Positions 17,088-26,471 are shown, counted from the stretch's first letter. The stretch is DNA of 64,000 nucleotides from Bacilli bacterium (GCA_017617435.1 JAFZWF010000010.1:11952-75951); one strand, 5' to 3'. Numbers and translations: made by a program. The notes: generated by a model not told the origin, from the letters alone.

Positions 17088-17471
17088 ATGAGTGATAAAG
17101 ATGTTAAAGATAAATTAAAAGAGATAAAAATAGAGAATTATATATGGTGCATTTATATTGGAATAATTTTTATGAGTTGGTATGCAAATAGTTTAGAAGA
17201 AAAATATTATGTTAATAAAGATATAAAAAGTAAAAATAAATATCGTAATATAATGATCATTATATTTTCTGTTTTAGTTGTTATTTATTTATATTTTTTA
17301 ATTGATGCTTGGGAATCATTTAAAAAAATAAATGAAAATACAAGTCAAAAGAAAAAAGAATTATTAACATTATCACTTATAGCAGCTTTTATGATATTTA
17401 TTAGTGGTTTATTATTTTTATATGTAACATATAAAGATAATGATTTAGATGTTGAAGTTGCATTTAATTAA
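17088..17471 (+). CDS. Hypothetical membrane protein (three predicted TM helices)
   Basis: 127-aa ORF with no SD sequence. TATAAT at 17076-17081 ends 6 nt before the ATG, so the mRNA may be leaderless. Confidence 0.55.
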   Translation: MSDKDVKDKLKEIKIENYIWCIYIGIIFMSWYANSLEEKYYVNKDIKSKNKYRNIMIIIFSVLVVIYLYFLIDAWESFKKINENTSQKKKELLTLSLIAAFMIFISGLLFLYVTYKDNDLDVEVAFN

Positions 17472-17517
17472 TAATAGTATTACATACTATTATTTGTTAT
17501 ACTAATTATATATAAAT

Positions 17518-17591
17518 GCCGTAATAGTATAATGGTATTACGAGGCCATGGTAAGGCTTTAATCAGTGTTCAATTCACTGTTACGGCACCA
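17518..17591 (+). tRNA. tRNA-Thr (anticodon GGT)
   Basis: Manual cloverleaf: acceptor GCCGTAA/TTACGGC, anticodon stem AGGCC/GGCTT with loop ATGGTAA, T-arm CAGTG-TTCAATT-CACTG, discriminator A, encoded CCA. 74 nt. Confidence 0.85.
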
Positions 17592-17608
17592 TTTATAAGG
17601 TGATTATT

Positions 17609-18254
17609 ATGATAAAGTATGAAGCTATTAAGTGCACAACTATAAGTGAAATTGATGATATTATTTCTTTTTTTGAAAGTGTTTTTATTGAAAATCATGA
17701 TTTAAAAGATATAAAAAAAAACAAGTGCAAATAAAAAAGAAGAAATGTTAGAGCATTTAAATGATAAGGACTATTATTTGTATTACATTAAGAATAATGA
17801 AAAGATAATAGCTGCAATATATGCAAATTATATTTGTGAAAGATTATATTTGTTAGTTATAGCTGTTGATAAAAATTATCGACTTCAAGGTATAAGTAGA
17901 TATCTGATTAATAATGTTGTAGATTTATGTGATGGAAAAGTAAAAGAAATTCATGTATGGCCAAATATACTTGATAAAGATAAGTCATATAGTTATTATC
18001 TTCATAATGGTTTTAAACCTGTTTTATATATTTCTAATTATGAAGGAGTAGATTTAAATGACTATAACAAGTATGGATTTGAAATATACGAAAGTAAAAT
18101 TGAAAATTATCATTCTGAAGGAATAGAGTACAGTTTTTGTAATTATAAATACTATGTTGATAGTCCTAAAGAAGAATATATTTCCTATTATGAAAAAACT
18201 ATTCCAAATATATTAGCTTGGTATATATTTATAAAAAAAATACAAGATAATTAA
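17609..18254 (+). pseudogene. GNAT-family acetyltransferase interrupted by a +1 frameshift in an A9 run
   Basis: ATG 17609 (RBS AAGGTGA) opens a 41-codon frame (MIKYEAIKCTTISEIDDIISFFESVFIENHDLKDIKKNKCK*). Removing one A from the A9 run (17713-17721) reads ...DIKKTSANKKEE and joins in frame to MLEHLNDK of track ORF 17745..18254. That ORF carries the GNAT core (LLVIAVDKNYRLQGISRYLINNVVD). Confidence 0.7.
17713..17721 (+). repeat. A9 homopolymer at the frameshift site
   Basis: Read directly from the sequence: gatat-aaaaaaaaa-caagtgc. Confidence 0.95.
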
Positions 18255-18305
18255 AAACTGAAAATAACAAAAAACTTTAAATCAAGTTTTTTGTTTTTTG
18301 TTTAC

Positions 18306-18329
18306 GTTAGTTGCGCAATTGCAACTAAC
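18306..18329. promoter_or_regulatory. Perfect inverted repeat GTTAGTTGC-N6-GCAACTAAC upstream of the ABC transporter promoter (candidate operator)
   Basis: 9-bp arms with a 6-bp spacer and no T-run after it. It lies about 50 nt upstream of the TGTTATAAT element at 18376. Confidence 0.35.
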
Positions 18330-18375
18330 ACTATTAAGTATGTAAGTAATAATTTGCAGAAATATTATTTTTATT

Positions 18376-18384
18376 TGTTATAAT
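18376..18384 (+). promoter_or_regulatory. Extended -10 element TGTTATAAT
   Basis: TGnTATAAT with 30 nt between its 3' end and the ATG at 18415. Confidence 0.45.
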
Positions 18385-18414
18385 TAATATAACAAAAAAG
18401 AAGGAGAGTTATTT

Positions 18415-19170
18415 ATGAGTAGTATTATAACAACAAATAAATTATCAAAATCATTTAAAACTGATAATAGAGAAATTGAAGTACTTAAGAATCTTGATAT
18501 AGAAATTTATGAAGGTGATTTTACAATTATAATGGGTGCATCAGGAGCTGGTAAATCAACTTTATTATATTCACTTTCTGGTATGGATAAACCTACTAGT
18601 GGATCAATTATTTTTAATGATAAAGATATAACCAAACTAAGTGTTGATAATCTTGCTATGTTTAGAAGAAAAAACTGTGGTTTTGTTTTTCAACAGAACT
18701 ATTTAATTGATTCAATGAGTATTATAGATAATATTTTAGTTTCAGGTTTATTAGTTAATAAAAACAAAAAGAAAGTTATTGAAAATGCTAAAAACATATT
18801 ATCAAAAATAGGTATTAATGAATCTTTATGGCATAAGTTTCCAACACAAATTTCTGGTGGTGAAGCACAAAGAGTAGGTATTGCTCGTGCTTTAACTAAT
18901 AATCCAAAATTATTATTTGCAGATGAACCAACTGGAGCACTTAATTCAAAAACAGGTAAAGAAGTTCTTGATACTCTAACTGAATTTAATAATAATGGTC
19001 AATCAATTGTAATGGTTACACATGATATAAAGTCAGCTAGAAGAGGTAATAGAATTATCTATTTAAAAGATGGAGAAGTTGCAGGTATCTTAGATTTAGG
19101 TAAATATATTCCTGATGATAAAAAAAGACATGAAAAATTATCAGAATTCTTAGTTAGTATGGGGTGGTAA
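18415..19170 (+). CDS. ABC transporter ATP-binding protein (MacB/FtsE/BceA-like)
   Basis: Walker A GASGAGKST, signature ISGGEAQRVGIARAL, Walker B LLFADEPTGALN, H-loop VTHD. Confidence 0.9.
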   Translation: MSSIITTNKLSKSFKTDNREIEVLKNLDIEIYEGDFTIIMGASGAGKSTLLYSLSGMDKPTSGSIIFNDKDITKLSVDNLAMFRRKNCGFVFQQNYLIDSMSIIDNILVSGLLVNKNKKKVIENAKNILSKIGINESLWHKFPTQISGGEAQRVGIARALTNNPKLLFADEPTGALNSKTGKEVLDTLTEFNNNGQSIVMVTHDIKSARRGNRIIYLKDGEVAGILDLGKYIPDDKKRHEKLSEFLVSMGW

Positions 19171-19171
19171 T

Positions 19172-21505
19172 ATGAAAAATTTATTACTAGCTAAATCTAA
19201 CATAAGAAAAAATAAAGGATTATCTATATGTATATCACTACTTATATTAATAAGTACAATGTTTATTTGTATATCTTGTATCCTTTTGTTTGATTATAAA
19301 AATAATGCATATGATGTTGCTAAAAATTTAAATACATCTGATGCAGCAATATATTCAATTGGTAATTCTATAGATGTATCTAAAGAATATATTGATACTA
19401 TTATTCCTAGTACGGTTAAAGAATATGAGTATAATGAACATATGAATATTGTTACACCAATAGAGTTTAATAATGGAGAAGTAACACCAAATGTTAATTT
19501 AATAAATAGTGATGCTTTAAATAGAAATTTATCTAAGATAGAAATTATAGAAGAAGATAAAACTATTTTAAATAACTACATTTATGTTCCTTATCACTTG
19601 CATTCTGGTGGAGGAATAAATATAGGTGATACTTATAAGATTAAATTTCCATCTAAGACTTATTCTTTTATAGTTAAAGGTTATATAAATAGTATTTATG
19701 CTGGATCTTATAATATAAATAAATATGAAATGTTAATCAGTGATGAAGATTATAATAATATACTTTATGAAAATCCTGATTCAAAAGCATTTACTGTTTA
19801 TGTTAATTATAAAGAAAATGTTGATATAACAAAAGAATCAAATAAAATTGTAAGTAGAATTTATGTTGATAAAAATATAGATGGATCCGCTATTGATTTG
19901 GATTTGATAATATCTTCAAGAACCTTTATCTCCGATATTTTCTTTGTTTCATTTTTACTTACAGCAGTTATTATTATAGTTATCATTATATTAATGATAA
20001 CTAACAATATATCTAATTATATTAGAGAAAATATGAAGACTTTAGGTGTTTTAAAAGCTATGGGTTATACAAGCAGTAATATTAAAAAATCTTTAATATT
20101 TCAATTTGCATTCTTAACTAGTATAGGTTTAGTGCTTGGCATTTTAGCAGGATATTTATTTATGCCACTTATAACAAATATGCTTGTTGGTCAATCTGGC
20201 ATTCCATATAATGTTGCATTTGATTTAAAATCAACTTTAGTTACATTTATATTTATACCTATAACTGTTTTATTAATTGTTTTAATTTCAATAAGAAAAA
20301 TAAAGAAAGTTGATCCAATAGTAGCTTTAAAGGATGGAAATATTTCTAAAAAGTTTAGAAAGAATCACCTTCCACTTGAAAAGTCTAAACTTGGTATAAA
20401 TATTAGTTTAGCTATTAAAAGTTTATTTAAAAATATTAAACAAAACATTATTAGTTTCATAACAGTTATATTTTTATGCTTTTTAATGGTAATTGCTATG
20501 GCAATGTACCAAAATTTTTCTAGAGATCCTAAGTTATCACTTTTAACATTTGAAATAGTTGATGGTGTAATTGAAGTTAAAAAAGATATAAAAGATGAGT
20601 TTGAATATGATATAAAGAATAATAAGAATATAGACAAGGTTAAATATGTTAATCAATATCAATTTCATGATGAAGACTATCAGACATTTTCTGTATATAT
20701 TTTAGAAGATCCAAGTCTTATTAATAATAAGGATAATTGTTATAAAGGAAACTATCCTAAATATCATGATGAAGTAGCTATTTCTGGTAAATATGCTAAA
20801 AATAAAAAATTAGATATTGGAGACAAAATAACGTTTAGAGTTGGAGATAATATATATCACTATAAAATCACAGGTTTTATTCAATCAACTAATAATGATG
20901 GTAAAGAAGTTTTAATATTAGTTGATGGAGCTAGACATTTATTTGATGTTGATAATATAAATCCAATATATTATTTTGATTCTAACGTTAAAGCATCAAA
21001 AGTAATAGAGCATTATAATAGTAAATATGGTGATAATATACTGGCTACCATGGATTTTGAAGAGTTAATTGAAGGACAAATGGATACATTTATTAATGTA
21101 GCAAATCTAATGGCTGTTATAATAATCATTATTACGGGTTCAATTATTATTTTAGTTTTATATTTATTAATGAAAACATTAATATATAAAAGAAGATATG
21201 AATTTGGAATTCTTAAAGCTGTTGGATATAGATCTAAGGATTTGATATTTCAAAATGTAATATCATTTATGCCAACAATTATTATTGGAACACTTATAGG
21301 AACGCTTATTTCATACTTTATTACTAATCCATATATTGGTTTAATGATGAGACCTTTTGGTATTATGAAATGCACTATGGTACTTCCTGCTGATTTAATG
21401 ATATTTACAATTATATTTATGATCTTAATATCATTATTTGCAACAATACTTATGTCATTAAAGATTAGAAAAGTAGAACCTACTAAACTTCTTGTAGGTG
21501 AATAA
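19172..21505 (+). CDS. ABC transporter permease, FtsX/MacB family with two FtsX modules and large extracytoplasmic domains
   Basis: 777-aa ORF starting 1 nt after the ATPase gene. FtsX-type segments KTLGVLKAMGYTSSNIKKSLIFQ and EFGILKAVGYRSKDLIFQN, each followed by TM helices and a K(V/I)(D/E)P(x)xxL motif. Confidence 0.85.
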   Translation: MKNLLLAKSNIRKNKGLSICISLLILISTMFICISCILLFDYKNNAYDVAKNLNTSDAAIYSIGNSIDVSKEYIDTIIPSTVKEYEYNEHMNIVTPIEFNNGEVTPNVNLINSDALNRNLSKIEIIEEDKTILNNYIYVPYHLHSGGGINIGDTYKIKFPSKTYSFIVKGYINSIYAGSYNINKYEMLISDEDYNNILYENPDSKAFTVYVNYKENVDITKESNKIVSRIYVDKNIDGSAIDLDLIISSRTFISDIFFVSFLLTAVIIIVIIILMITNNISNYIRENMKTLGVLKAMGYTSSNIKKSLIFQFAFLTSIGLVLGILAGYLFMPLITNMLVGQSGIPYNVAFDLKSTLVTFIFIPITVLLIVLISIRKIKKVDPIVALKDGNISKKFRKNHLPLEKSKLGINISLAIKSLFKNIKQNIISFITVIFLCFLMVIAMAMYQNFSRDPKLSLLTFEIVDGVIEVKKDIKDEFEYDIKNNKNIDKVKYVNQYQFHDEDYQTFSVYILEDPSLINNKDNCYKGNYPKYHDEVAISGKYAKNKKLDIGDKITFRVGDNIYHYKITGFIQSTNNDGKEVLILVDGARHLFDVDNINPIYYFDSNVKASKVIEHYNSKYGDNILATMDFEELIEGQMDTFINVANLMAVIIIIITGSIIILVLYLLMKTLIYKRRYEFGILKAVGYRSKDLIFQNVISFMPTIIIGTLIGTLISYFITNPYIGLMMRPFGIMKCTMVLPADLMIFTIIFMILISLFATILMSLKIRKVEPTKLLVGE

Positions 21506-21538
21506 AAAATAACATCTCATTCGAGATGTTATTTTTTT
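21504..21538. terminator. Bidirectional terminator between the ABC permease and def
   Basis: ATAACATCTC-ATTC-GAGATGTTAT flanked by A6 and T7. It overlaps the def stop codon. Confidence 0.7.
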
Positions 21539-22071
21539 ATTCTACTTGGAGCTTGTCTATAACGATTATTTTGCGAAATAACTGTATATGGTTCTTCAGT
21601 TCTAAGTTTTTTTAATTTATCCATTGATACGTTTGCAATTCTTTCAGCAATATCTACATGGAATGTTCCATTTAAATGATCTATTTCATGAGCTATTGTT
21701 GATGCTTCTTTTCCTTCAAATATATCTGATTGAAGATTTCCTTTTTCATCATAATATTCAACTTCAATTTCATAAGGTCTTGAAACAAAACCTGCAAATT
21801 CAAGACAACTAGGGCAGTATTCCCAAGATTTTGTTTCTCCTTTTTGAGATACTATTTCAGGGTTGATTAAAACTTTTTGTTCACCATTATTAATGTAAAT
21901 AATTTTTTTAGGAATACCTATTTGAATAGCAGATAATGATTTGCAACCTGTATGTTTACAAACTTCTTCTAAACATACAATATCTTTTTTAAATGCCTTA
22001 CTACTAAATGATACTTCTTTAGATTTTTGTCTTAAAAATTCACTATCTTCAAATATATTTTTAAGTTCCAT
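21529..22071 (-). CDS. def: Peptide deformylase, divergent paralog
   Basis: Motif 3 HEIDHLNG is intact and the motif 2 Cys is retained in EYCPS. Motif 1 reads SLSAIQIG instead of GxGxAAxQ. 180 aa with a basic C-terminal extension. Confidence 0.8.
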   Translation of the reverse strand: MELKNIFEDSEFLRQKSKEVSFSSKAFKKDIVCLEEVCKHTGCKSLSAIQIGIPKKIIYINNGEQKVLINPEIVSQKGETKSWEYCPSCLEFAGFVSRPYEIEVEYYDEKGNLQSDIFEGKEASTIAHEIDHLNGTFHVDIAERIANVSMDKLKKLRTEEPYTVISQNNRYRQAPSRIKK

Positions 22072-22236
22072 GTTTACTACCTTCCTTTTTTAGACGCGTG
22101 ATAATAATATAACAAATATATATGTTTATTTCAAGTTATAATTTGTATAATTTTTTTAAGGTATTTTGTAAATAATATCTATATAAAATAGACTTATATT
22201 TTGAAATTTAGTAAAATATAAATAGAAGGTGTTAAG

Positions 22237-23451
22237 ATGGATAAATTAACTGAATTAACATATGAAGAGTATGATGGATTTGTAAATACTCATAATAAAT
22301 CACACTTTTTACAAAGTTATGAATGGGGTCAATTTTGTAAAGATCAAAAAGGACAAATTCCACATTATGTAGGTTTAAAAAAAGATGGAAAAGTCGTGGC
22401 AGCATGTTTAATACTTGCTAAAAAAACACCACTTAAATATTATTATGGATATTCACCTCGTGGATTTATTTTAGATTATGAAGACTTTGATTTAATTAAA
22501 GAATTTACTTCTTTAATTAAAGATTATATGAAAGAAAACAAATATATTTATATTAAATTTGATCCAGATATAAAGTATCAAGATATTGATGAAAATGCAA
22601 ATCCTATTGAAGGTGGATTTAATAATTATAAATTATATGATTATATGTTAAGTCTTGGTTATAAACATACAGGTTTTTATAAAAACTATGATGGTAATCA
22701 ACCTAGATTTACTTTTAGAATAAATCTAAAAAGAAATTGGGAAGATATTGAAGCTGTTTTTAACAAGTCTTTTCAAAAATCTATTCGAAGAAGTTATAAC
22801 TACGAACTAGAAATAGATAATGAACCAAACTATAAAGCATTCTTTGAACTTCATCAAAAAAATAGTGATAAAGATGACTTTAATGCTCACTCTGAAAAAT
22901 ATTTCGAAGATTTTACTAATGATATGAAAGATAAAGTAAAATACTTTAATGCATATATATATCCTAAAAAATTAACAGAGAAGTTTGCTAATGAAATTAA
23001 AGATGTTGAAAAAGAATTAGAAACAAATCAAAAGAGAAAAAAAGATTTAGAGGATCAATTAGTTAAGTTAAAAAAAGATTATGAAGAATTTAAAAATATT
23101 AAAGAAGAAAAACTTATGGTATGTTCTTTAATATGTACATACACAAAAAATAGAGCGTGGAGTTTCTTTATAGGTAATGATCAATTAGGTAATACAACAT
23201 TTGCTGTATCTAGATGTTACTATGAAGCTATTAAAGATGCTTTTGATAATGGCTATGAATTCTTTGATTTATTTGGAACTGTCGGAGATCCAAACACTAA
23301 GGTTAAAAACTTAGCTAAACTACATGACTTTAAAAGAAAATTTGGTGATGAATATGTTGAGTTCATTGGTGAATTTGATTTAGTTAATAAAAAGTTTATG
23401 TATAAAATCCTTCCAATACTTCTTAAGGTTTATAGAAAGATTAGAAGATAA
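22237..23451 (+). CDS. FemAB-family aminoacyl-tRNA-dependent peptidoglycan bridge-forming transferase (paralog 1)
   Basis: 404-aa ORF. N-terminal HFLQSYEWGQFCKDQ and PRGFILDY motifs. Central coiled-coil insert (KDVEKELETNQKRKKDLEDQLVKLKKDYEEFKN). C-terminal FKRKFG. Confidence 0.85.
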   Translation: MDKLTELTYEEYDGFVNTHNKSHFLQSYEWGQFCKDQKGQIPHYVGLKKDGKVVAACLILAKKTPLKYYYGYSPRGFILDYEDFDLIKEFTSLIKDYMKENKYIYIKFDPDIKYQDIDENANPIEGGFNNYKLYDYMLSLGYKHTGFYKNYDGNQPRFTFRINLKRNWEDIEAVFNKSFQKSIRRSYNYELEIDNEPNYKAFFELHQKNSDKDDFNAHSEKYFEDFTNDMKDKVKYFNAYIYPKKLTEKFANEIKDVEKELETNQKRKKDLEDQLVKLKKDYEEFKNIKEEKLMVCSLICTYTKNRAWSFFIGNDQLGNTTFAVSRCYYEAIKDAFDNGYEFFDLFGTVGDPNTKVKNLAKLHDFKRKFGDEYVEFIGEFDLVNKKFMYKILPILLKVYRKIRR

Positions 23452-24713
23452 TGAAGATAAAAGAAATAGATGAAAAAACATTTGATAGTTTTACAAGCAA
23501 GCATGAATATGCATCAATTTACGAACTATCAGGTTGGGGTAAATTAAAAGAATCTACTGGTTGGAAGTATTACTTAATTGGTTTATATGATACAGACGAG
23601 AAGATAAAAGGAGCTACGCTTCTTTTATCAAAAAGAACGTTAAAAAGTAAAAATTTATTTTATGCACCTAGAGGTTACCTGGTTGATGCGAATGATAAAA
23701 ACTTACTAACTGAATTTCATAAATTAGTAATTGATTTTATTAAAAAACATAATGGATTTATGTTAAAAGTAGATCCTAATGTTATTTATAAAACTTATGA
23801 TAAAGATGGAGTAGAGTTATCATTTGATGGCAAAAATGCATACGATAACTATTTATCACTTGGCTTTAAGCATTTTGGTTTTAATAAAAATTTTGAAACC
23901 TTACAACCTAGATATTTATGTAGATTTAAACTTGCTGATACTTATGAGGAGACATTAAACTCATTTAGTAAATCAACAAGAAAGAATATTGAAAAATCTA
24001 CTAGCATGGGAGTAAAGGTAAAAAAACTTGATATTAAAGATACTAAAGTCTTTACTGATGTTTTAAATAGAACAGCTCAAGAAAAAGATTTTGTTATAAG
24101 ACCTACAAGTTATTATGAAAAGATGTATGAACTTTTAAATGATTATATGGCATTATATGTTACATATATTGATACAGAAGAATACTATGATAACTTACTT
24201 AGAGAGCAAAAAGAAATAGAAAAGTCCATAAATGAATTAAATGAACTTAAAACTAAAATAAATGTTGGAGATAAAATTAAAAAACAAGAAACAGATCTAT
24301 TAAATAAAAAAGAAAAGAATGTTAAAGATATTGAATGTGCAAAAAACCTTAAAGAAAAAGGAAAGGAAATAAATATCGGAGCATTAATGTCTTTATTTGT
24401 TGGTAGTGAAGCTGTAACATTTATGAGTGGCACTTTATCAGAGTATAAAGAGTTCTATCCTAAATATGCTTATTATAATAAGCATATTATAGATGCTATA
24501 AAACTAAAAAAAGAATATGTTAATTTCTATGGTATATCAGGAGATTTAAATAAAAATAATAAATACTATGGTATATATGAAATTAAAAAAGGATATAATC
24601 CTGAAATAATAGAACTTTTAGGTGAGTTTGACTTTGTTATTAAACCATTTATTTACAGGCTTTATAAACTTGGTTTAAAACTATATAAATTTAAAAAGAA
24701 AATAATAAAATAA
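23451..24713 (+). CDS. FemAB-family peptidoglycan bridge-forming transferase (paralog 2)
   Basis: 420-aa ORF overlapping paralog 1 by TAATG. Same architecture: ELSGWGKLKE, APRGYLVD, a coiled-coil insert, and IKKGYNPEIIELLGEFD. Confidence 0.85.
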   Translation: MKIKEIDEKTFDSFTSKHEYASIYELSGWGKLKESTGWKYYLIGLYDTDEKIKGATLLLSKRTLKSKNLFYAPRGYLVDANDKNLLTEFHKLVIDFIKKHNGFMLKVDPNVIYKTYDKDGVELSFDGKNAYDNYLSLGFKHFGFNKNFETLQPRYLCRFKLADTYEETLNSFSKSTRKNIEKSTSMGVKVKKLDIKDTKVFTDVLNRTAQEKDFVIRPTSYYEKMYELLNDYMALYVTYIDTEEYYDNLLREQKEIEKSINELNELKTKINVGDKIKKQETDLLNKKEKNVKDIECAKNLKEKGKEINIGALMSLFVGSEAVTFMSGTLSEYKEFYPKYAYYNKHIIDAIKLKKEYVNFYGISGDLNKNNKYYGIYEIKKGYNPEIIELLGEFDFVIKPFIYRLYKLGLKLYKFKKKIIK

Positions 24714-24745
24714 AAACTTCAAATGTTAATTTGAAGTTTTCTTTT
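24712..24745. terminator. Bidirectional terminator between femAB paralog 2 and the flippase gene
   Basis: AAACTTCAAAT-GTTA-ATTTGAAGTTT followed by a T-rich run. It overlaps the 3' end of the minus-strand gene. Confidence 0.65.
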
Positions 24746-26354
24746 TCTTTAAAAATTTAAATTTACTAAATATTTTATCACCTAATAACTTATTCATAAG
24801 CTCTCTATTTAAGAAGTAATAAATAATTGCAAGGACAGAACCAATGCCAGCAACATATAAAGCATTTTTAAGTCTTCCTAGTGGGTGCGTAAATATTAAG
24901 TTACGACATACTATAGCAAGGACTATCATAATAGTTACAGTAAATATTAATTTAGGTAGTGTTTTTAATGTTTCTTTATAACTAAAGTTATATTTTTTAT
25001 TTAAAACTACAAGTGGTATTCCAATAGAGAATAAATATCCTATTAAAGAATCTGCCATAGCACCATGATATGCTGCTATACCCATCTTATCAAATAAAAG
25101 CATCATTGGTATATCAAGAGCTATTTTAACACCTAAACCAATAAGTACTGATATATAAATAAGTTTAGTTTTTGATAAACCTTGAAGAGCACTACCAACC
25201 ATAATGTATGCTCCATCAAGGATAGCAAGAAGTATTATTATTTTAAGTATATCAGGTCCATAAGCTGTTTCTTGGAAGAATATTGGCCATATTTGAACTG
25301 AAAAAATACTCATAAATACTCCTATAGGAAGTATGATATATAAAAGTGTTTGTAATATTTTATTAAAATGACTATTAACTGTTTTTTGATCTTTTTTTGT
25401 AAATGCTTCAACAATAGAAGGTATTAAACTTATTGCAAGACCTGTTGCAAATGCTGTAACAATACTTGCTAGTTTACTACTCCATGTTGTAAAGATAGAA
25501 GATATAGTTGTTATATCTTTACCGCTATAACCAACCATATTAAGCCCTTTTTTAACAAGTATCATATCAATAAAGTTATATAAACTATTAGATATATTAA
25601 TAGCTATAAAAGGAATGCAGTAAAAAATAATTTTATGATATATTTTCTTTTTATCTTCTTTAGTTACTTCTTCATTAGATTCTGTAATTTCTTTTCTTGC
25701 TTTTCGCATTTTTATATATAAATATAAAAATGCAATAATAGCTCCGGCGCAAGCACCAAGTATTGCAATACCAACTGCAGCTGGAATTGATGCATGAAAT
25801 ACTTTAATAGCAAACATACTACCAAATATTATTATTGCAACTCTAACAAGTTGCTCAATAACTTGTGACATTGATGATGCTGTTATATATTTATGACCTT
25901 GTAAGTAACCTCTTAAAATACTAAGTAGTGGTACAACAAGTACTGCAAATGAAACGCATCTAATAACAAAGATAACATCTCTAACACCATATACTTCATT
26001 TGGATTTACTACAATCATCTTTGCAAGTAGTGGTGCTCCGAAAAAACATATTAAAAACGATATAAGTGAGAACATGAAAATAAACCTCATAGCTCTTTTA
26101 TACATAAATGTTTTTTCTTTTTGCATACCAAGTGTATTATATTCACTTGTAAGTTTACTAATGGCAAGAGGTATACCAGCAGATGATATGATTAAGAAAA
26201 TATCATATATCTTATATGCATAACCATAAAGCGCTCCGCCATCTGTACCAATGATATGATTAAATGGAACAACATAAAGTAAACCAAGTACTTTAGAAAG
26301 TATGATGGCAAGTGTTGCTATCATAGCTCCTTCCATGAATTCATTTTTCTTCAT
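24726..26354 (-). CDS. MOP-superfamily polysaccharide/lipid II flippase (MurJ/YtgP/SpoVB-like)
   Basis: 542-aa ORF with about 14 predicted TM helices. The N-terminus GAMIATLAIILSKVLGLLYVVPF...GGALYGYAYKIY is typical of this family. Confidence 0.8.
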   Translation of the reverse strand: MKKNEFMEGAMIATLAIILSKVLGLLYVVPFNHIIGTDGGALYGYAYKIYDIFLIISSAGIPLAISKLTSEYNTLGMQKEKTFMYKRAMRFIFMFSLISFLICFFGAPLLAKMIVVNPNEVYGVRDVIFVIRCVSFAVLVVPLLSILRGYLQGHKYITASSMSQVIEQLVRVAIIIFGSMFAIKVFHASIPAAVGIAILGACAGAIIAFLYLYIKMRKARKEITESNEEVTKEDKKKIYHKIIFYCIPFIAINISNSLYNFIDMILVKKGLNMVGYSGKDITTISSIFTTWSSKLASIVTAFATGLAISLIPSIVEAFTKKDQKTVNSHFNKILQTLLYIILPIGVFMSIFSVQIWPIFFQETAYGPDILKIIILLAILDGAYIMVGSALQGLSKTKLIYISVLIGLGVKIALDIPMMLLFDKMGIAAYHGAMADSLIGYLFSIGIPLVVLNKKYNFSYKETLKTLPKLIFTVTIMIVLAIVCRNLIFTHPLGRLKNALYVAGIGSVLAIIYYFLNRELMNKLLGDKIFSKFKFLKKKKTSN

Positions 26355-26471
26355 TTATATTCACATCCCGTGTATATACATTATATAAAAATATATGTAT
26401 TTTTTCAATTAACGTACAAAAAAATAATGTAAAAAATAGGGTCAAGTGAAGTGAAATAAATACTTTAAAAG

